NCBI GenBank assembly: GCA_040901675.1
Contig: JBBDYJ010000011.1
Span: 1 to 64,000 of the forward strand
Length of the DNA: 64,000 nt
Direction: 5' to 3'
Origin: Pirellulales bacterium
GTDB lineage: Bacteria > Planctomycetota > Planctomycetia > Pirellulales > JAICIG01
Of the stretch, positions 58,761 through 64,000 are shown one piece after another. The notes under the pieces were generated by a model. That model did not search any database. It worked only from the letters and a program-made list of their open reading frames with translations, and was not told where the DNA came from. The number at the start of each line of letters is the position of its first letter. Position 1 is the first letter of the stretch. The position numbers were made by a program, and so were the translations under genes.

Positions 58761-60902
58761 TCAGATGGTTTCGAGAATCGCCAGGATGCCGGCATCGACG
58801 CCATCCGCCAGAATCTCGTCGCTGTCGCGCCAAGCCACGTCGTCCGCATCAACGTCCCGCGGCACCTGTCCCACGAGCTGGCTATCGACCGGGACCAGGC
58901 ACTCGGCTGCCGTGGCAACTGCCTGGCCCACGAGCGGCCCGTGGTCTCCCATCCGCCGCGAATCGTCGTCCGGCATCGACCAATCGTGGAAGGCAACCTG
59001 GGTCGCTCTGGCACTGGCGATGCCCGCCAGCGCGTTCGAGGCGGCATAGGCCGACAGATCGTGCAACTCCGGCGAGTCATACGCCGACGCGCCGGCGCTG
59101 GCGGCGTTGCCAGCCGGCGCACGATTGAAATACTCCTGCGAAGCCAGCACGCTTTGGGCAACGCCCGCCAGGCTTTGGCGTCCTTGGCCGACTGCCGTGG
59201 CCCAGTACGATCCCTCGGCCTGGCCGGCGGCCCGCCCCAGATAGTCCTGATAGTGTTGCCCTATCACGCGAAGCGTGCGCTCTGCCGAGTTCAAAACGCC
59301 ATCGACCACTTGGCCGCGAGACAGACCCGATCGCAACTGCGAAACCCAACCGGCCAGCCCCGCGGTGTCCGCAGCCCGCCCCAATAGGTCCTGGTAAACG
59401 CCGTTGACGAAGGCCGCGTCGTCGGCACGGGCGTTGAGATACTCCGGCGACTGCAGGAACACGCGTTGCACTTCGATCTCGTCCATGCCCGACTGCATGG
59501 CGGCCACCCAACGGTCCCGTTCTGCCCGGCCCGGTGTCCGCTGCAAGTACGCCTGGTAGTAACCGGTGACCTGCAAGGCCCGATGTTCGGCCGACATCCA
59601 CAGGGCCTGCACCACCCGGTCGCGTGGCATTCCGCCGGCCAGCGCGCCCGACCAGGCGGCCAGGCCGGCGGCGTCCGCGGGCCGGGCGAGCACGTGCTCG
59701 TACAGGCTCGAGACAAACGCATCCATGGAGCTGCGCGGCACGGCGGCGGGCAGGCTGTCGAGCGAGCGGATGGCCGCCAGCAGGTCGAGACGCTGGTAGC
59801 GCAGGCCGGTGTTGATCACGTTGTCGTTTTCGTCGTCACCATCGACGAGCGTGACGCCGCTGGCGCGCATGATCGTGAGGATCTGGTCCTGGTTGGCCGA
59901 GGCCCCCTGGCCGCGGGCGTCGAGGGCCTGGTGCACGAGCACGGCAGCGCCGGCCACCAGGGGCGCCGCCATCGACGTGCCCGCCAGCGTGGCCAGTCCG
60001 CCGCCTAGCCAGGTCGAGGTGACGAAGGCCCCCGGCGCCAGGATGTCGAGTTGGCTGCTGCGCTGCGTGAAGCTGGCGATGCGGTCGGGCGCCGTCGAGT
60101 GGTCCTTGGCGCCGCTGGCCCAGGCAACCGTGCCATATTCGCCGTCCCAGACGGCGCCGACCGAAACGGTCTGGCTGCTGATGGCCGGGTAGCCCAAGCC
60201 CTGTTGGCTGCCATACGAGTAAAAAGCGTTGCCCGAGGCGGCGGCAAGAAAGACTGCCTGCCCCCTGAGCGTGGTGAACTCATCTTCGAGAAAGGCCCAG
60301 GGGCTGGCCGTGAAGTTGCCGGCCCCCAGCGACATGTTGACGGCCACGATGTTGTACTGGGCCTGGTGGGCGGCTACCCACTGCAGAGCCAGTTCGACGT
60401 TCGCGAAGGTGCCCGAACCGTTTTCGTCGAGGATCCGCAGGGCGACGATGCCCGCCTGCGGCGCGATGCCGCGGTAGCTGCCGTGGCTGCTGGCGATGAT
60501 GCCCGCCACGTGCGTGCCATGCCCGTGCTCGTCCATGGGGTCGGCGTCGCGGTCGACGAAGTCCCAGCCGCCCAGGTAGCGGCCTGCCAAGGCGGGATGA
60601 TTGTAGTCGATGCCCGTGTCGAGAACGGCCACCGCGTAGCCGGCGCCGGTGTAGCCGTACTGTGCGTGCACTTCGAGTCCGCCGACGAGCGGCAGACTCT
60701 GGTTGGCCAGGGCGGCCAGAGTCGACTGCGCGTCGACGGCGTGCTGGGCGCCCAGCGAGAATGTCTGCTGCTGCCAGTCCTCGTACTGGCTGCTTGGGGC
60801 CACGGAGAGCAACAGCAGCTCTTCCAGTGGCTCCAGAGCGAGCGAGCGTCGCCGTGACGGCAAGGCACGCCTCCTATCTTGGGCCAATCGCCGGCGAGGC
60901 AT
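58761..60902 (-). CDS. S8 subtilisin-like peptidase with DUF4214-like C-terminal repeats
   Basis: LDTG, HGTHVAG, GTSMAAP; N-terminal LEPLEE motif; LY..VL.R..D..GL..W repeats. Confidence 0.92.
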   Translation of the reverse strand: MPRRRLAQDRRRALPSRRRSLALEPLEELLLLSVAPSSQYEDWQQQTFSLGAQHAVDAQSTLAALANQSLPLVGGLEVHAQYGYTGAGYAVAVLDTGIDYNHPALAGRYLGGWDFVDRDADPMDEHGHGTHVAGIIASSHGSYRGIAPQAGIVALRILDENGSGTFANVELALQWVAAHQAQYNIVAVNMSLGAGNFTASPWAFLEDEFTTLRGQAVFLAAASGNAFYSYGSQQGLGYPAISSQTVSVGAVWDGEYGTVAWASGAKDHSTAPDRIASFTQRSSQLDILAPGAFVTSTWLGGGLATLAGTSMAAPLVAGAAVLVHQALDARGQGASANQDQILTIMRASGVTLVDGDDENDNVINTGLRYQRLDLLAAIRSLDSLPAAVPRSSMDAFVSSLYEHVLARPADAAGLAAWSGALAGGMPRDRVVQALWMSAEHRALQVTGYYQAYLQRTPGRAERDRWVAAMQSGMDEIEVQRVFLQSPEYLNARADDAAFVNGVYQDLLGRAADTAGLAGWVSQLRSGLSRGQVVDGVLNSAERTLRVIGQHYQDYLGRAAGQAEGSYWATAVGQGRQSLAGVAQSVLASQEYFNRAPAGNAASAGASAYDSPELHDLSAYAASNALAGIASARATQVAFHDWSMPDDDSRRMGDHGPLVGQAVATAAECLVPVDSQLVGQVPRDVDADDVAWRDSDEILADGVDAGILAILETI

Positions 60903-61321
60903 GGCGCGGATCTCCCGTTGCCCGGACACTGCCGGAATGTTGTACAGGCGGAGTTGTCAGAAGAAAAGCGACTTGGAAATCCCTGCCGACCCCGCCCTGA
61001 ACGGGCCGGGTCAACCCCGAATGGGGTATCCGTAGAAACTGTAGTTTTTTTCCCGGCCGAGGCGAGAAAAAAGGCGCCGATGCCGATCCCCAATATGCTC
61101 AACGGCTTGCACCGCCGGTGCACGGCCATGGCACACCCCAACCAGGTCGGACCGGCCCCTCGAACCGGCCCCAGCCGCGCGGCCTACCTGCGCCTCGTTC
61201 GACGACCGTCCAGAGGGAATCTGGGCGGCCTTCTCATAGACCTCCTTGGACCTTCCTATCGTGGTCACGCCTTCGAAGCACGAATGTTGAAACGGCTTCC
61301 GCTCGGTTCGGTCGCCTCAGG

Positions 61322-62083
61322 TCAACCTGAACTCGTGTCCGGCAGGTCGTCGGGAACGCGGAAGAGCATATCGGCGGCGTTTATAACCCACGCGTGGCTC
61401 CGCGACCTATTGTCGAAGATCCGCGTGGCGGTAATCGTGATAAAGAACGACCTCAACTTGCCGTCGCGGCGGAAGCTGACGGCATACAACTGCTTGACGA
61501 TTTCCTGGCCTTGGTGAGCACTGACCGATTCCGTCTTGTAAAAACGGACCTCCGCGTCAGGCCCCAATTCGAGCAAGGCTCGCACGATTGGCTCGTCGGT
61601 GAAGGTTCGCAGAACACTGTACAGGTCCTCTCGGCCCGCATAATGCGCCCAGAGGTTGTCGTCCAGCGGCAACCGGGCGTGCCACTTGACCGTGAGCTGA
61701 TGCGCCTTGTGCGGCTCACCACCGCGCATCAGGTTGAACCAATTGTGGCAAATGACCCCAGCCTGGCTCCGCAAGTGCCACTGGTAAATCGCCCAATAGG
61801 TGGTCGCGGGGGTGCCGCAGCACAGCGCAATGACCAGGCCCGCCACCGCGGCCCGGCGGCCGATCAACTTGGGCTCGTGCCTGCGGATCCGCACCAGCGC
61901 CGCCACGCTGATCACCACGGCCAGGAGCGGTACAGACCAAAAGAGCGGATGTACGAAAGCAAGCGGCGACGCCAGGCCGGCCGCCAGGCCGGCGATGGCC
62001 GCCACGCAGAGCGGACGATACTCGACCGTCTCGCCTTCCACCGCGCCCGGCAGACTGGCTTCATGGAGTTTGGATTGCGACAT
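61322..62083 (-). CDS. DUF4190-like membrane protein
   Basis: YRPLCVAAIAGL..ALVRIRR..GRRAAVAGL. Confidence 0.75.
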   Translation of the reverse strand: MSQSKLHEASLPGAVEGETVEYRPLCVAAIAGLAAGLASPLAFVHPLFWSVPLLAVVISVAALVRIRRHEPKLIGRRAAVAGLVIALCCGTPATTYWAIYQWHLRSQAGVICHNWFNLMRGGEPHKAHQLTVKWHARLPLDDNLWAHYAGREDLYSVLRTFTDEPIVRALLELGPDAEVRFYKTESVSAHQGQEIVKQLYAVSFRRDGKLRSFFITITATRIFDNRSRSHAWVINAADMLFRVPDDLPDTSSG

Positions 62084-62112
62084 GGCCGCTCCTTCGCTGT
62101 TGGGCCGGCGCC

Positions 62113-62715
62113 TTACTTGACCAGGATGTCTTCCATCCTCGCGAACCGCTCGCGCCGGGTGGCATACTTGATGATGAAATCGCCGTGGGGATCGAAGATC
62201 TGCAGCGCCTCTCCGCTGCGGCGGGCGAATGCTCCCCGCGACGCCCGTTGCATGAAAGCCAGCCATTGACGGTCAGGGGCCAGGCCCAAGATCCGTTTCT
62301 CGGGCTTGAAGCCGCCGAACATGAACTCGCGGGACAAGGGGGCCGTGTGCAGCGTCATGGCCGTGAAACAAACCATCACCCAGCCGATCCACACGGCAAA
62401 GAAATAGCCGCCCAGAATCTCCACCAACTTGGGAAACCGCACCTTCACGCGCGAGGCAAAGTAGGTGGCCGCCCGCACCACGATCAACCCCACCGCGAAC
62501 AAGCCCCACAAGGCCGAAAAGTCCCACAGGTACGTTCCCTTGGGAAACTGCTCGATCAACAGGTCGGCCACCGGCTCCCAAAAGTTCGTCGCCAAGAGCG
62601 CCGCCGTCACCACGTTGACCAACGTGATGGCGTTGCTCCAGAGTCCCTCCGATCCGGCCATGGCGATCACCACGAACACGATCACCAAGAGCGCCGTGGG
62701 CAGCAGCAAGCTCAT
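62113..62715 (-). CDS. CvpA-family membrane protein
   Basis: EGLWSNAI..LLATNFWEP.A; four TM helices; ATGA-coupled to the upstream gene. Confidence 0.8.
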   Translation of the reverse strand: MSLLLPTALLVIVFVVIAMAGSEGLWSNAITLVNVVTAALLATNFWEPVADLLIEQFPKGTYLWDFSALWGLFAVGLIVVRAATYFASRVKVRFPKLVEILGGYFFAVWIGWVMVCFTAMTLHTAPLSREFMFGGFKPEKRILGLAPDRQWLAFMQRASRGAFARRSGEALQIFDPHGDFIIKYATRRERFARMEDILVK

Positions 62716-64000
62716 GGGTTCTCCTTCAAAACGCGCATCAACTCGGGCAGCGAGGTCACGCCCTTGACCACCAGCACCAGCCCTTCTTCCTGCAGGCTCC
62801 GCATTCCCGCCCGGCGGGCGGCCTGTCGCAACGCGGTCACGTCTCCCTGCTTGGCCAGCACCGAGCGAAACGGCGCGTCCACCACCAGCAACTCGAAGAT
62901 TCCGGTCCGGCCCCGGTAGCCGATCCCACGGCAATCCGGGCAAATGTCCTTTTCCTCGGCGGGCGGCTGGGGCGGCCGGTAAAAAGCCTCGATCCGGCCG
63001 GCGGGTATGCCAAGTTGCTCGAGCACCTGCGGGGGCGGCGGATACGGCTCCTTGCACCTCGAGCACAGCTTGCGGATCAACCGCTGATTCAAAACGGCCA
63101 CCAGCACCTCGGCAAATACGTCGACCGCTGGCTGCAGCGCCAAAACGCGGGCCACCGCTTCGGCGCACTCCTTGGCTTGCACCGCGCTGATCACCAGGCG
63201 ATCGACGCTGGCCTGCTCGAACAAAATGGTCGCGGTTTCCACGTCGGCCAGATCGGCGACCACGTACACGTCCGGGTATTCGCGGATCAGTTTGGGCAGG
63301 ACGCTGGCCGGAGTCTGTCCGGCGGCGGCATCGTAGGTGGTCACCGGCACGTTTTCGACTTCCAGCTCGCGGCTGCCGGCTTCCTCGATGGCCACGGCGC
63401 CGCGGACATAACGGTCCACGGCCGCCACCGACGCTGTCAGCAGGCTGGACAGCCCGTTGCCGGGCGGGGCGGAAACAAGGATCAGTCCCTTGCGCTGCTC
63501 CACAGCCCCTTTGAACTGCTCCTGCATTTTTTCGCGCATGCCAAGTTCAGGCAGGCGGGCTCGTTTGACGCTCGGATCCTCGACCTGGATCAGCACGCGC
63601 TCGCCGGTGCGGGTGCCTTGGCTGATCAGCCGGCAAATATGCTTCTGCTTCTTCTCGAACTCGGCGCCAAAACCGCCCTGCTGCCGGGCCCGGCGCTCGT
63701 TGACGTTCAACGCCGAAATGGTCTTGAGCACGGCCAGCACGGCGTCGCCCGTTTCGCGTTCCTGGTTCTCCGCATTATGCCAGACCCCGTCAATCTGGTA
63801 TCGCACGCTGACCGCTTGCTGCGTGTAGTCCAGCAGGATCGCGTCGGCCCGCTGGCTGAAGGCCGTGTCCAAAAGCACCCGCGCCAGATTGAAAGCCGGG
63901 GATTGCTTGGCCGTGAGCAGGTGGATCGTGTCGTCCCGCTCCGTGGCCCCGCCACGGGCGGTCAGTTCGACCGGCGGGCCTTCCTCCTGCGGTGGTTCGA
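62712..64000 (-). CDS. GspE/PilB-like secretion ATPase homologue with degenerate motifs (5' end beyond window)
   Basis: VRYQIDG, QRLIRKLC..C, C..C.GIGYRGRTGIFELL; frame stays open to the window edge. Confidence 0.88.
   Translation of the reverse strand, partial: EPPQEEGPPVELTARGGATERDDTIHLLTAKQSPAFNLARVLLDTAFSQRADAILLDYTQQAVSVRYQIDGVWHNAENQERETGDAVLAVLKTISALNVNERRARQQGGFGAEFEKKQKHICRLISQGTRTGERVLIQVEDPSVKRARLPELGMREKMQEQFKGAVEQRKGLILVSAPPGNGLSSLLTASVAAVDRYVRGAVAIEEAGSRELEVENVPVTTYDAAAGQTPASVLPKLIREYPDVYVVADLADVETATILFEQASVDRLVISAVQAKECAEAVARVLALQPAVDVFAEVLVAVLNQRLIRKLCSRCKEPYPPPPQVLEQLGIPAGRIEAFYRPPQPPAEEKDICPDCRGIGYRGRTGIFELLVVDAPFRSVLAKQGDVTALRQAARRAGMRSLQEEGLVLVVKGVTSLPELMRVLKENP

Overview
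High-GC chromosomal window, most likely from a Planctomycetota (Pirellulales-like) bacterium, judged from DUF1559 prepilin, DUF1501, planctomycete cytochrome-c and REP-like repeats. Contents in order: a partial DUF4159 gene divergent from a MoxR-DUF58-BatA-vWA operon; a DUF6883/DUF4926 pair; lipoate-ligase, HEAT, ferritin-like and repeat-protein genes; a five-gene two-component cluster including an ANTAR regulator; a CzcBA-type metal-efflux locus; an 8-gene phage-like operon (portal, TerL, TerS-like, ABC-ATPase/GNAT fusion, two c-type cytochrome-like proteins) with no capsid, tail or integrase; then housekeeping and secreted-protein genes (moaB, serC, S8 protease, CvpA, degenerate GspE). Main discovery: three apparent TGA stops look like selenocysteine codons. 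(1) CzcB ends GAG-U-ADCHK (UxxC). (2) Two hypothetical ORFs join in frame through one TGA into a 701-aa secreted protein. (3) A thioredoxin-like protein ends CFT-U-R (CxxU). The first two are each followed by a hairpin with the same GGUC loop, resembling the E. coli fdhF SECIS. No rRNA, tRNA or CRISPR was seen. Family calls come from motif recognition by eye, not database searches.
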